NCBI RefSeq assembly: GCF_006345805.1 | Contig: NC_043005.1 | Span: 64,418,001-64,482,000, forward strand | Reading direction: 5' to 3' | Source of the DNA: Octopus sinensis | Lineage: Eukaryota | DNA: 64,000 bases | Position numbers and translations under genes: made by a program | In this document: positions 49,199 to 62,900 of the stretch, one piece after another | Layout of the letters: each line of letters begins with the position of its first letter | Position numbering within the stretch: the stretch's first letter is position 1 | Notes under the pieces: model-generated | Seen by the model: the letters and a program-made list of their open reading frames with translations, nothing else | The model's database searches: none | Told to the model about the DNA's origin: nothing

Positions 49199-51339
49199 CA
49201 TGTATCTTGATGTCTGTGCTTGTCCTCCGTGACAGCTTGACAACCAGTGTTGGTGTGTCTACATCCCTGTAATTGAACAGCTCAGCAAAAGGGACTGATA
49301 GAATAAGTATTAGGCTTAAACAAACTAAGTCCTGGGGTTGATTTGTTTGACTAAAAAGTCCTTCTAGGTGGTGCCCCAGCATAGCCATAGTCTAATGACT
49401 GAAACAAGTAAAAAGTAAAAAGTCATACAACAAAACTACACCGTTCCTGTCCAGTTCATGGGACAATGAAGCTAACTATGATGATAAACCATCTTAACAT
49501 ATCTCGCTCTTGTTCAATACATTCAGATGGCTATATACAAATAATTCTAAAAGGTAAAATTTCAACCATACCAGTATAGAAACTGAAAGTATCTGAAAAC
49601 ATCTCTTCACAAAACCACACTTTAGCAAAAGTATTCAACAGCCTTTTGTCATAATCATCAGTGACACGACCACCATATTGCACTTCACTGATCATGTAAC
49701 GAACTGTGCTCCAGGAAACTCCCTATAAAGTAAATATAAGATATATTTGGAAAAAAATTTGTTATGAAACTACCTTATTTGTAATAAACAAGCATTTTCA
49801 TTCATAATTTCAAATGTAGGATCTTTACCTTTTGACCAACAGATTTAAAAAATAATTTTTTGTAACTAAACACTTTCAAACTTCGGACACTGGTAGAATG
49901 TATCATATAAATCATCTTCTACTCTTAGCATTTTTGAGAAAAACTTATATTTACGAAGTATTGTGAGAAAGAACAAGGTAGAGAGAGTAACTAGGAAAGA
50001 AGGGAGTTGGTTAATTAGGGATTAGTGGACGCAAAGTAAATCAACAGACCCCTTCTTTCCTGGTTGTTCCTTCCACCTTACACTTCCTCTCCTCCATTAA
50101 AATACATATAATGAAATATTTCTTTCCCAGTTTTGTTATTTTTATTCTTTGACTCATCCTACCTCCCAACTCTTCATTTCAATTTATCCACATCTTCCCT
50201 TCTTATTTTCCCCTCCTACTGATATTTTCACCAACTCAATCACAACTATCCTCTCCCTGCCTCTCTAAACTCCACCACTCTGTGCAGAGACCTATCTACA
50301 TCATACTACAATAACATTTCTTTGTTTAGTCTACCACTAGCCGCTTCTCCTCACTCACACTGATCTCTAATACTCTATTGATTAAATATCACCTATTCTT
50401 TCTTTAGATTGAGCTCCCTGGATCTGCATAAATGTTCCTCCGACAGTCCCTGTCTTTAAGACAAATGTAAATGAAATGATAAATGTAATGAAATGACATG
50501 GTAACAAGTGAGAAGTGAAACCATGTCATACCATTAGTTCACTGATAGATTAATTTTAGGCTACCATAGACTTCACCTTAATATTTAATATAGAACAAAG
50601 GCAGTGTGCTAGAAGAATCATTAACATAATAGGCAAAACACTTAGTGGCATTTTGTTTGTCTGTATGTTCTGAGTTCAAGTTCTGTCGTCAAGGTTGACT
50701 TTACCTTTCACCTTTGGGGTGGAGTGGGGGGTCAATAAAAGAAGTACCAGTTGAGTGCTAGGGTTGGTGTAATTGACTTTACCCGTTCCCCTGAAATTGC
50801 TATCCTTGTGCCAAAATTTGAAACTAATATTAAATATAGAAGTTAACAATGGGAGTGAGGAACAGCTTCTGGTCAATAAAGTAATGACAGTGAATATATC
50901 TCCATTCCTGCAATGGGCTTTCAAATTCCTTATCAAGAATCTGAGAATGTTATCACCCATTGAAATAAATTCTAAAACATAATGCCTTATAGACTGTGTT
51001 CTTAAATAAGGGATACTTACTTTCTTGGGGTCAATTTCATCTAAATGTGTCTGAATGAATTGCACAGTTGCTGTGAAATCTGCTTGGTTGAACTCATAGG
51101 GAATATTCCAGCCTATCGGGCCAAATTTCCTCCTTTCTTGAACAGTTGTGTGCAGAAATCCTACAGCGTACAACATTATTTTCCATGTTAGTGTAGCATT
51201 AATATCCAGTTGCTCCTGTGTAAAACAACAAAAGAAACATTGTCATCACCACTGCTGTCAACACCACAACAACGACAAAAACAACAACAATACCAACAAT
51301 GACAACAACAACACTGCTGCCACCACCACCACCACCAAT

Positions 51340-51375
<36 letters not shown>

Positions 51376-54300
51376 GCAGCAGCAGCAGCAGCAGCAGCCA
51401 TTGAAGAATTTAGACCTGGAGATCTCTATTTTGAGCAACTTCGAGGGTCACCTCCCAGTGGTGTCGGGCATCAACGAAGAGCCCTCGACTACAACAAGAT
51501 GACCAAAGTTTTTTTTTTTTCCAAGGTCTGGGGTCTCCCACCCCTAAGTCCTAGACCATCACCTAATCACCCTTACCCGTCTTGTTGCTTAACAACAACA
51601 ACAACAGCATCAGCACCAACATCAGCATCAGCATTGTTATTATTTTTATATCTGTTCTTATTTCCACCAGCACTACCAGAAATATTGGAACTCTATACTA
51701 CAGAGAGAAGTAGGAACTAGGCAAACATTACCTGCGTCACATTGCCATAAGTCCTTTTTAACCCAGCTTTTATTCCCTGGGGTGGCTCATTGGTAAATTT
51801 AAGAGACACCTGGAGAAGATTAATTGGGAACTTTGGATGTTCTTCTGTGGTTACCCAACAACGGAAGTCCTCATTGATTTTATCTATAGTAGTCACCTTG
51901 AAAAGAAACAAGTTTATATTTTCTTTTATTAATTCAACAATCATTAGTCACTTCTCGTACCTAAATCAATTAGTTTATCATAGGCCCCACATTAAATAAT
52001 TTCAACAAAATAATTATAGAAAACAATTAGTGTGGAAGGTGTTTATAAGCCATTTAAGAAACACAAAAACCGTTAGATTCACTGCAACATTTAAATTTAA
52101 TTTATCAAAATATTTTCATCGCTTTGCAACCACGACCTGTTCACTGACAAAACTCCATGCTGCATCACGGAGATGCAGCATGGATGTTTGCCAGCAAACA
52201 ATCTCACATCAGGTCACTTGCTATTCAAGTACATCTCCGTAATTATAGAAACGTATTTAAAAATCCGTTCAACAAGGTAACATAGAAAATACAATAGAAA
52301 ATACAACCTCAGTTACACATCAAAAATAGCCAACCTCATAAAAGCTAGACACAACTTCAAACACCTTACAGTAAAACCACATTCAACTGGTGTTAAACAA
52401 GTAAATAATCGTTTATATCCAACATAAATAAAAAAAAAAACTGGTAAACCACAGAATAATTAGTATCAGCATCAACAAAAAGGGTTACACTATATGCTAT
52501 ACTGTCGCAATAACAACATCAAATAAAATATTCACACTGCAATACATGTTTCCAATGAAGAGCTGCATGCATGCACATTCCAGCCCAGAGCTTCCTACTG
52601 CATGTGCTATTACTGACATCTTTTACCTCCAACCAGTTCATCCTATCAGGGCCTTACTCATGTTCAATGCAGCAGCTATGGGCAGGAAGAGGCCCTGTGG
52701 AAGGCCCCATGTCAGATGGTTGGATGTGATTGGGAAAGATTTCCAGAAGCTCAATGTCATCTTGCAGGATGCAGAGGAGCTGGCAAGGGACCGCCAGTGA
52801 TGGAGAGCACTGGTGGACCAGGTTGACTCTACACATGATGATGCGTCTGAGACCACTAATCTGGGATGACCCCAGTCCCATCAAGTGAGAGCATGAAGCA
52901 TGAAGCAAGCAAGCATAATGCAATACAAGAAGAAACCCTTATCAGAATTCTCCTGGAAATCGCCCCACAAGAAATCATAAAAAAAGACAGGAACACAAAA
53001 GGAAGAATATGTACCATTTACCATAATATCAACAACCCCTTTCCATCAAGCACCCAAAATGCAAGACAAACATCTAAAAGTTAAAATGTCTCTGAACTGG
53101 AAAAAAGTTTACTTACAGTGACAAATAATTCAGTCATGAATTCTAATCCAAGATGGCAGTTCTGTAGCAAGACCCAATGACCCTCTTGCATTGACATACT
53201 CACTAATTTTCTGGCATGGACCTCTTGACCTTGTCCCATGGATATGGCACCACATTCTGCAAGTCAAATTATTGATGTTAAAAGAATTTCTTGTCACTTC
53301 AACTCAGGCATCTTTAGAATGATTTCTTTTAGTAGCTATTCAAAAATGAAGCAAGGTAACCAAGAACTTTGAAGATCCTCTCAAACTTTTGAAATAAATA
53401 CCTTTACTGTTTAGTTTTAGCCTCAAGAAACAGAAGTCAAGTAATAGTGTTTGACTTCAAGGTGTATTTGTTGAACAAATGGACAACTTGATGTTATGTT
53501 CTTCCTAGCACTTACCTTCAATAGTAAAATGAGGGGTTTTTTAATAAATTAGTAAGAAGATTATTTTACTAACCCTAATCCTAATTTTACTTAGTCTAAA
53601 GATTCATTCTCAAAGAATATGGTGCAATGAGTACATATGACAAAACAATCCAACTCATATAAAAGCACTCTGCTGGTTATGATGATGGGGGTTCCTGCTG
53701 ATCAGATCAATGAAACAACCTGCCTGTGAAATTAATGTGCCGGTGGCTGAACACTCCACAGACATGTGTACCCATTAACATAGTTCACAGGGAATGTGAC
53801 AAGGCTGGCCCTTTGAAATACAGATACTACTCATTTTTGTCAGCTTAGTGGACTAGAGCAACGTGAAATAAAGTGTCTTGCTCAAGGACACAACACATCA
53901 CTGGGAATTGAACTCATGACCTGATGACTGAGAGCCAAATACCCTAACCACTAAACCACACACCTTCACCCAACACATATATTTCGTAGGTAAAGTGATT
54001 CTTTCCAAAATGAAACTAGTAAAATAACAAACAGTTTTTCCTTATGTAATTTGACAAGGAAATTAAAAATTTCTATTTAGCACTATGTTGCCTTTTTGGA
54101 GACAGAGTTTTGAAAGCAAAATGAATGCTTCTAATAAGACCTATATTATTAAATTATGTTCTTCTTAAATCTCTTAAAAGACTCCGCCGGTTACGACGAC
54201 AAGGGTCCCAGCTGATACGATCAACGGAACAGCTTGCTCGTGAAATTAACGTGCAAATGGCTGAGCATTCCACAGACACGTGTACCCTTAACGTAGTTCT

Positions 54301-57300
54301 CGGGGATAATCAGCGTGACACAGAGAGTGACAAGGCTGACCCTTTGAAATACAAGTACAACTCATTTTTGCCAGCTGAGTGGACTGGAGCAACGTGAAAT
54401 AAAGTGTCTTGCTCAAGGACACAACGCGTCGCCGGTAATCAAACTCACAACCTTACGATCATGAGCCGAATGCCCTAACCACTAAGCCACGCGCCCTCAC
54501 TTTCTTAAATCTCACTGATCAGCAAAATAAATTATAATCATTAGATCATGAATCTTATCCCTTGTAACTATTTGTCCTACATTATATATTTAATCAGTTC
54601 TTTCACAGATGATCTTTATGTAGTCTTACTAAATATATATTTCATATATTCTTTAGCTAAGTTGGATATATAAGAATCAATCAGTTCTTCCATTAAGGTA
54701 AACACCATAACAATTAATTACATGTGACATTCATTACATTGTCTCATTAAATAAATTTATTTACAATAAAGGTAAAAATAAAATGAAGAAAAAGAAGTTG
54801 TTTTGGAGCATAAGGGAAACTGAAGAATAAAATTGTTTGAAGAATTAAAGCAAATTTTCATTTTAAATTGCAGACACAGTTCAACTGTAAAAATTCAAAT
54901 TGCTTCTGCCAGGTCAATAGCAGATACTAAAAATTCAATTTGATACCATTATATGTAAACTGGAGTATTATAATTACAAGTTAATACTTACTCATAACTT
55001 TCTTTTTAGCAAGCTTCTCAATATTGCTTGTCGGATCAGAACCCATTGACAGAAAGCAAATCAAAGGAGTGTGATTGTCAGATTCATCACAGATATCTTC
55101 TAAATTCAAAATTCCACTTTCGGCAAACTGTAACAATCAATTTAAAAAGATTTTTTATTTGACATTGTGGTATGAAAATATGAAAGCCAGTTTGTCAGAA
55201 TATGAAATTAGTTTACTTGCACAAATCCACCTAACTTCTTTTGCTCTATAATTACCAGCTTTGGGAAAATGGTTACTGTTTTAAACAAACTTGCACTTAC
55301 ATTTTGTCCTCCATCTTACACAGAGTCTAAATCAATGGTAATTAACAGAAGAGCACATAAAATGAATATATGAAGGAATAATTGTCATTCAGGGAGCAGT
55401 GCAAGTTTTAAAAATCAACAATGCTACAATGTACAATGCTTGAGTTTTGGTAGAACCATTGAAATTGCATTTGACTCACAGAAAAAAGGCACAGATAGCA
55501 CAGAATGATTATATCTACCTGGGGATACATTTGAATATGATTTAGTAAGACTAATAGATATTAAAACAAAAGGGATCCCTAATCCTTATCCAGTAATAGT
55601 AGTTACCTATGTTGATATTACTAATACTTTATAAAGACATTTCTGTGAGATTAACAGCATAATCTCTCCAAGAGACTATGCTGTTATATACATCATTATA
55701 ATAATAATGATATATATTTTCATGACTGTACAAAGACAAAAAGCCAATAAACCTTAAAAGAAATTTTAGCAATATATTCTTCAACTGAGGCAGTTGAATA
55801 TATATTTAACTGGAGTCTTTAGCAAAGCAGGCAAAGTGTTTAGTGGCATTTCATCTGTCTTCACATTCTGAGTTCAAATTCCACTGAGGCCAACTTTGTC
55901 TTTCTCCCTTTTAGGGCCAATAAAACAAGTACCAGTTAAGCATTGGGGTCAATGTGATTGACTCACCCCCTCCTCCAAATTTGCTGGCTTTGTGCCAAAA
56001 TTTGTAACCAATTTATTCTCCAACTGTCCATGAAATATCCAGTGACATTCAGCCTTTTCTAAAAAGCCAGTTTTATATTTTTTATCGTAAAATTTAAACT
56101 GGAAAAATGAGTCCAAATCTCTATATATATAAAGCTGAAGTTTTCTGTGTGTGTGTGTGGCAGGTTTGGTAGCCTTCAACTAATACTATCTCCTCCGAGA
56201 CCCTATGGCACAAGTTGACCAAAATTGAGAGTATGATAGAAGAAGGCTTGCTCTTCATTCCATAGAAGAAAAAATTCATATCAGACTATGTTAAGACCAA
56301 AAATTATTTACACCAAAAAGGTGCTTTTTTTCTATGAAAATCCCTATTTTTTTACGATTTTTTTTACTGCTGTGTCGCCACTCTTCGGTGTATTTCAACC
56401 AGAAAAGTGTGAACTATCTACGATGTTCAAGTCAAACCTTCAATGGGTATGTTTTGATTTTACGGATTTTTTTAGTTATACATGATGTAAAATAGTCGAT
56501 TTTATTCATTTTACATGTACAACCACGATTCATGTTGCCCACCCGTTTGGCTTCAAAATAACATTTTTTGTTTTTTTTGTAACCACAAACTGTTCTTACT
56601 AACGTTTTGGATTTTCCTGTACTTTTTCTTAATGAATACTGTTGCAGTGTTAACTTCTTAATAGATTTTCAGTGCAGTTCGAAACTTGAGCTTCATTTTG
56701 TTTAAAAACAATGGGTAATTTTTTTCTCCATAATGTTAATAGAAGGAATATTAACCAACAATACCAACAACTGAAGTCAGCATTACACATTTGCAGCACA
56801 TTCAGAGCAAACTCGAGCATCGCTACACTATACTTTTATTCATAGATTGAAACTATGTCAAAACATCAAAGTCTGCCGTTTTAAGCGCAACTAAAAAACA
56901 AACCCGAGCAATGCCGGGCTATACTGCTAGTACCTGATTAAAAGAAGCAAATGCATTTATTGAGACGAAATACAAATACAAGATGTCTAGCAGGTAAGTT
57001 GTGCATTATCTATTAAGTTTGGTCACAAACATAGAACTAATTTTGTCAGTTATAAATAAAAAAGAAAGAAAGAATCACTTTATTATCAGTATTATTTTAC
57101 TTCTTCAGTTATGAATATGAAATGTTACAGACATATGTGGCAATGTTAGATAGGAAAAGAAAGAGAAAGAGAGATGGAGAGAGAGAAAGAGAGAGAGAGA
57201 GAGAGAACCATCAGTATCAGGATACACACCTGAGGTCCCATTGCTTCAGAAACAAATATCCTTGCCATAGGAATAACACGATCTGGACACCATGAGCGTA

Positions 57301-58225
57301 TCAGTAACAGTTTGTGCCAAGAATCTAATGATTCAGTGTAGCCATCTGGTATTTGGGCCTCTTCTGGGACATTATCATCAAACCAATGTTTCCATGCCTT
57401 CACATAAAATAAATAAATTGATAGAAGTAATTCAGTTATATGTATCATAATCCTTTAGCATTCAGATTACTCTGTCAAATGTAATGCTTTTTCATTCACA
57501 TTGTTTTGAATTTATCATACATTTTCTCATAGCTTTCAGATTTCAATGACATGCCATTTATTTTTAGAAAAACATTGTGAGGTAGGTGTGCAAAGCCTGA
57601 TCTGGTTACTTTGAATGCAAAGCAGGTAGAATATTTGGGCCTGATATAGCCGGTTTGAATACTGAATTCTAATAGTTTTCACATCATTCTTTACTGAAAA
57701 CAAAAAGCTTATTTAGTCAAATTTGACCCGGAACCTAACAACTAAAACACTTTAAAAGTACTATCACACCCAGCAGATCCAACAAAGAGATATTACATAT
57801 ACATGCCAAAATAGCTATGACTTACTGGAAATAAGTCACTAATTGGAAATAATTGCAAATGATCTATACTAATTATGTATAGATCATATGCAATTATTTC
57901 CAATTTTTATAGTAAGACAGGCAGTAAACAAACATTGATAGAGAATAAACAATTAAGATGAGTTACTTATAAATCTTCTGAAAGGTTTATTTATAATGAA
58001 GTGGTCTTACAGACAGATTTCACTTGTAATAAGGACATCAGTTGACTTTTTTATGGGCTAAATATCTATTTTATACACACATGCAGGCGTGGCTGTGTGG
58101 TAAGAAGCTTGCTACCCAGTCACATGGTTCTGGGTTCAGTCTCACTGCATGGCATCTTGGGCAAGTGTCTTCTAACGTAGCTTAGTGGATTTGATAGATG
58201 GAAACTGAAAGAAGCCTATAGTACA

Positions 58226-58258
<33 letters not shown>

Positions 58259-59012
58259 CTATGTGTATGTCTTTGTGTCTGTATTTGTCCTCCACCACTG
58301 CTTGACAACCAGTTCAGCAAAAGACATTGATAGAATAAGTACTAGACTTTGAAAAGTAAGATCTGGGGTCGATTTGTTCAACCCTTCAAGGCCATATCCC
58401 AGCATGGTCACAATCAAATGACTGAATCAAGTAAAAGACTATTAAAACTGAGAGGCAGCTGTATTTATACATCACTGCTGCAGCCACTAGCATAAGCACC
58501 CCACCATTTCCTTCACAGTGTCTTAGTGTCCACTTTTTCATGCTTGCATGGGTTGGATGGAATTTGTTGTGTAGATTTTCTATGCCTGCATGCACTTCCT
58601 GATGACAACCCCACTCTTGCTATTACAGTGATGGCTGTGTTTACACAAAATGTTACAAATAAATGACACCACTAACATGATGGTCATTCCTGTTTACTAT
58701 GACCATGCAATCTCAAGTCAAGGAGGCATACATACACGTGCACTTGCACACATGCATGTGTACATGCACATACATGCACACGCACACAGACACACACATA
58801 CATGCATATGCACATACATGTACACAGATGCACATTTGCATGTATATGCATGAGTACATGCACAAACATACACATACAGGCACACACGCTCATGCATATA
58901 TACACACACATGCATAAACACACACATTCATACACTCTCACATACACATGCACACACAAGCATATATGCATGCATGCACACACACACATGTGTACATGCA
59001 TGACTACATGCA

Positions 59013-59046
<34 letters not shown>

Positions 59047-59930
59047 TATATACATGATGGGTGTTTTTCCAGTTTCTGTCTGCTAAAACCACTCACAAGC
59101 CCCTAGCCAGGATGGGGTTACAGTAGAAGACATCCTTCTATGGTTCTACACCATGCGACTGAACCCATCATCATCATCGTTTTGCGTCCGCTTTCCCTGC
59201 TGGCATGGGTTGGACGGTTCAACTGGGGTCTGGGAAGCCAGAAGGCTGCACCAGGCCCAATCTGATCTAGCAATGTTTCTACGGCTGGATGCCCTTCCTA
59301 ACGCCAACCACTCCATGAGTGTAGTGGGTGCTTTTTACGTGCCACCAACTCAGGGGCCAGACGAGGCTGGCAAACGGCCACGATCGGACGGTGCTTTTTA
59401 CGTGCCACCGGCATGGAGACCAGGCAAGGCTGGCAATGGCCACGATCGGATGGTGCTTTTTACGTGCCACCGGCATGGAAGCCAGTCACGGCGGTGCTGG
59501 CAACAGCCACGTTCGGATGGTTCTCTTATGTGCCATCGGCACTGGTATCACAGCTACAATTTCCATTGATGTTGATCGATTTTGATTTTGATTACTTTAT
59601 ATAATTTATACTAGCTGACCACATGCTGTCAATATTGATGGCTAATTATATTTATAATAAGGCATAAAATATGGTACATAATAATCACACGTACAAACAT
59701 TCACATACTTCATTTGTACACACACACACATAAACACAAATACTCACACAGAGTTAAAACACTGATGTTTTTCTTTTCATCCCTTCCTTCTTTATTCATC
59801 TATCACCCTTTCCTCTCTCTCTCATTGCTATTACTTTCGCTCATTCCCTCCCAGTCAGGGATATTACTCTCACTACTTCTCCTTCACTGAATTAACATTT
59901 TCTCTCCCCCTCTGCATCCGGCATGATTCT

Positions 59931-59977
<47 letters not shown>

Positions 59978-62900
59978 CACAAACATACAAATGGCGGTGC
60001 CCCAGCATGGCCACAGCTCATGAGCTGAAACTAGATAAAATAAAAGAAAAAGAAAATAAATATATAAAAATGCTACGTTCATTATTATATTAGGAGTTAT
60101 TTCATTTGTTCTCACCTTATCATTTCTTGACACCTGTCCAAGAATCTGTCCAAACTGTGGTAAGTTACTCAAAGTCACCAAATTAAGCCAAGTCATATCT
60201 GAGATCCACTTCTTTGGCTTTGGTTGGACAGCATTCAAATCGAGAGCTGCTCCTCCTACAATGAGAAATTTTATGCTTCGATAAACTTTCCTTTATTCTG
60301 ACTGTTCTAAAGAAGAAATCTTCTCCATAGACATTAAAACTTGCAATATCTAGGTATCAACTCCAAGCTTTCAAAGAATAAATGATACTAATGGACTATA
60401 TACTCTTACTCTTTACTCTTTTACTTGTTTCAGTCATTTGCCTGTGGCAATGCTGGAGCACCACCTTTAGTTGAGCAAATCGACCCCACGACTTATTCTT
60501 TGTAAGCCTAGTACTTATTCTATCGGTCTCTTTTGCCAAACCACTAAGTTATGGGGATGTAAACACACCAGCGTCAGTTGTCAAGTGATGTTGGGAGGAT
60601 GAACACAGACACACACATACATATATATATATACGATGGGCTTCTTTCAGTTTCCGTCTACCAAATTCACTCAAAAGGCTTTGGCCGGCCCAAGATTATT
60701 GTGGAAGACACTTGCCCAAGGTGCATGCAGTGGGACTGAACCCGGAACCATGTGGTTTGTAAGCAAGCTACTTACCACACAGCCACTCCTACGCCTATCT
60801 CAGAAAAATAAAAAAGAAGGAATTGGCTTAACACTCAGTACAGTCTATGTTTCTGTGTATGACATCACTGAGATTGACATCTACAAGACAGTGACAGAAA
60901 ATAAAATGCATCAAGCAAGTGCTCAAAAATGAAGAGAATAACATACTGCAGGCTGGTAATGAACTTCACAAGGGAATTCAGCTTCTGATGACTTTTTATG
61001 TGAACCCAGAAGTGAAGGACTAACATACCTAGGCGTAGGAGTGGCTGTGTGGTAAGTAGCTTGCTTACCAACCACATGGTTCCGGGTTCAGTCCCACTAT
61101 GTGGCACCTTGGGCAAGTGTCTTCTACTATAACCTCAGGCCGACCAAAGCCTTGTGAGTGGATTTGGTAGATGGAAACTGAAAGAAGCCCATCGTATATA
61201 TGTATATATGTATGTGTGTGTATATGTTTCTGTGTCTGTGTTTGTACCCCCAACATTGCTTGACAACTGATGCTGGTGTGTTTACGTCCCCGTAACTTAG
61301 CAGTTCAGCAAAAGAGACCGATAGAATAAGTACTAGGCTTACAAAGAATATGTCCTGGGGTCAATTCGCTTGACTAAAGGCGGTGCTCCAGCATGGCCAC
61401 AGTCAAATGACTGAAACAAGTAAAAGAGTATACTTCATCAAATACTTGGAAGAGAAACATTCTGCAGAGAGGAGGAGAGTATTAACATGATGCAAAACCT
61501 CTCTGACTCTTTGACTTGTGACTGTATCTCAAAGGTTATGGTTTTGCAATGGAAGAGCAGGAGATGGTTACAGAATATCTGACGGATTAACAGGACAATG
61601 AAGCACTTAAACTCCCAAGATGCAAATGCAAGTGTCAGTCATGTCACTCTTCCATCAATTATGTCACACATGTAATCCACAGCTGTACAAAAATACCTTG
61701 AGATACTACCTCCCACTGTGCCATGTTGCTGTTAAAACTATATACAATTCTTTGTATTCATTTCCAAGAAGGGAAACCTATGTGGTCCCACAAACTATTA
61801 TCCACCCATTGCAGGCATGGCTGTATGGTTACAAAGCTTGCTTCTCAGCCATATGGTTTCAGGTTCAGTCCCACTGTATGGCACCTTGGGCAAGTGTCTT
61901 CTGTTATAGCCATGGGTCGATCGAAGCCTTGTGATTGAATTTGGTAGGCAGAAACCTCCATCGTATGTGTACATGTGTATGAAAGTGCTTGTGCTTCCTA
62001 TAACGGATAAGAAGGAAAGACCCACTTCCAACATCTGAAAAGTAATGGAAACACCCACCAACAAAAATGAACATCTCACACCATTTTCATGGTCATTACA
62101 TATACTAGACCTCACCATCATCGAGCACCATTCCTTGCAAACACTCATATTACATGGTAACAACTCCTCAAAAAGCTTAGGGAAGATCTACAAGAAATAA
62201 TGTTCCCACCACATCTAGGATATCCTAGACTGTATACAAAGAAAGGTCACCTGACTGATATGCAATCACCAATATACATACTGAAGCCTCTGGATCACAG
62301 ATATTCTGTCTCCATTAATTCTTAAGGTTATCTCTGCAGATATTCTATTGAAATTATAACAAGCATATAACAAAAACCAGTGCTGGCTATATTGTAGAGA
62401 TAACCTATGTAAAGCACACTGCTAACTTAGAACATGGTACTGACTTTTAAAAATGTTTAATACACTCGACAAAATATTATGGTTGCATAAAAAATGCTGT
62501 GTCCTTACAAGTTAATAATATCTATCTCAATTCTCTTTTCAGCCACTATTATAGTGCCCTCTTCTCCTTGGAGGTGGCCAATCCCATTGCCACTCAGCTA
62601 CCCCTAAGTTACACATATCTCCTTTCAGCATGCATATTGTGTCCACTTTACTGGCCCTGCACGAACTATTGGGTTGTCCAGAAAGTTCATGCCAATTTAT
62701 AGTAGCTTACCTTTCGACTTACTTTAGAACATGGTTGAGTCCATAAAATAGGGTTTAACTATACCTCCATTTAGAGCACAGTTTAAGCTATCTTTTCGTG
62801 GAAGAAGGTTTATGTTCATATAACCTGTGTTAATTCTGTAACACTTTAAAAGAAAGTTCATTTTCGGCACTTGATGCTTTGGGAACCAGACAAAAATTGC

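Noticed and set aside
50676-51176. ORF-track proteins 50676-51176 and 63090-63797 as standalone genes
   Set aside because: They are dynein exons E7 and E1 with intronic read-through.
57398-57403. AAG rather than YAG acceptor at dynein E3 as a sign of mis-annotation
   Set aside because: Frame and homology are continuous (RNDK|AWKHWF); AAG acceptors are uncommon but normal.
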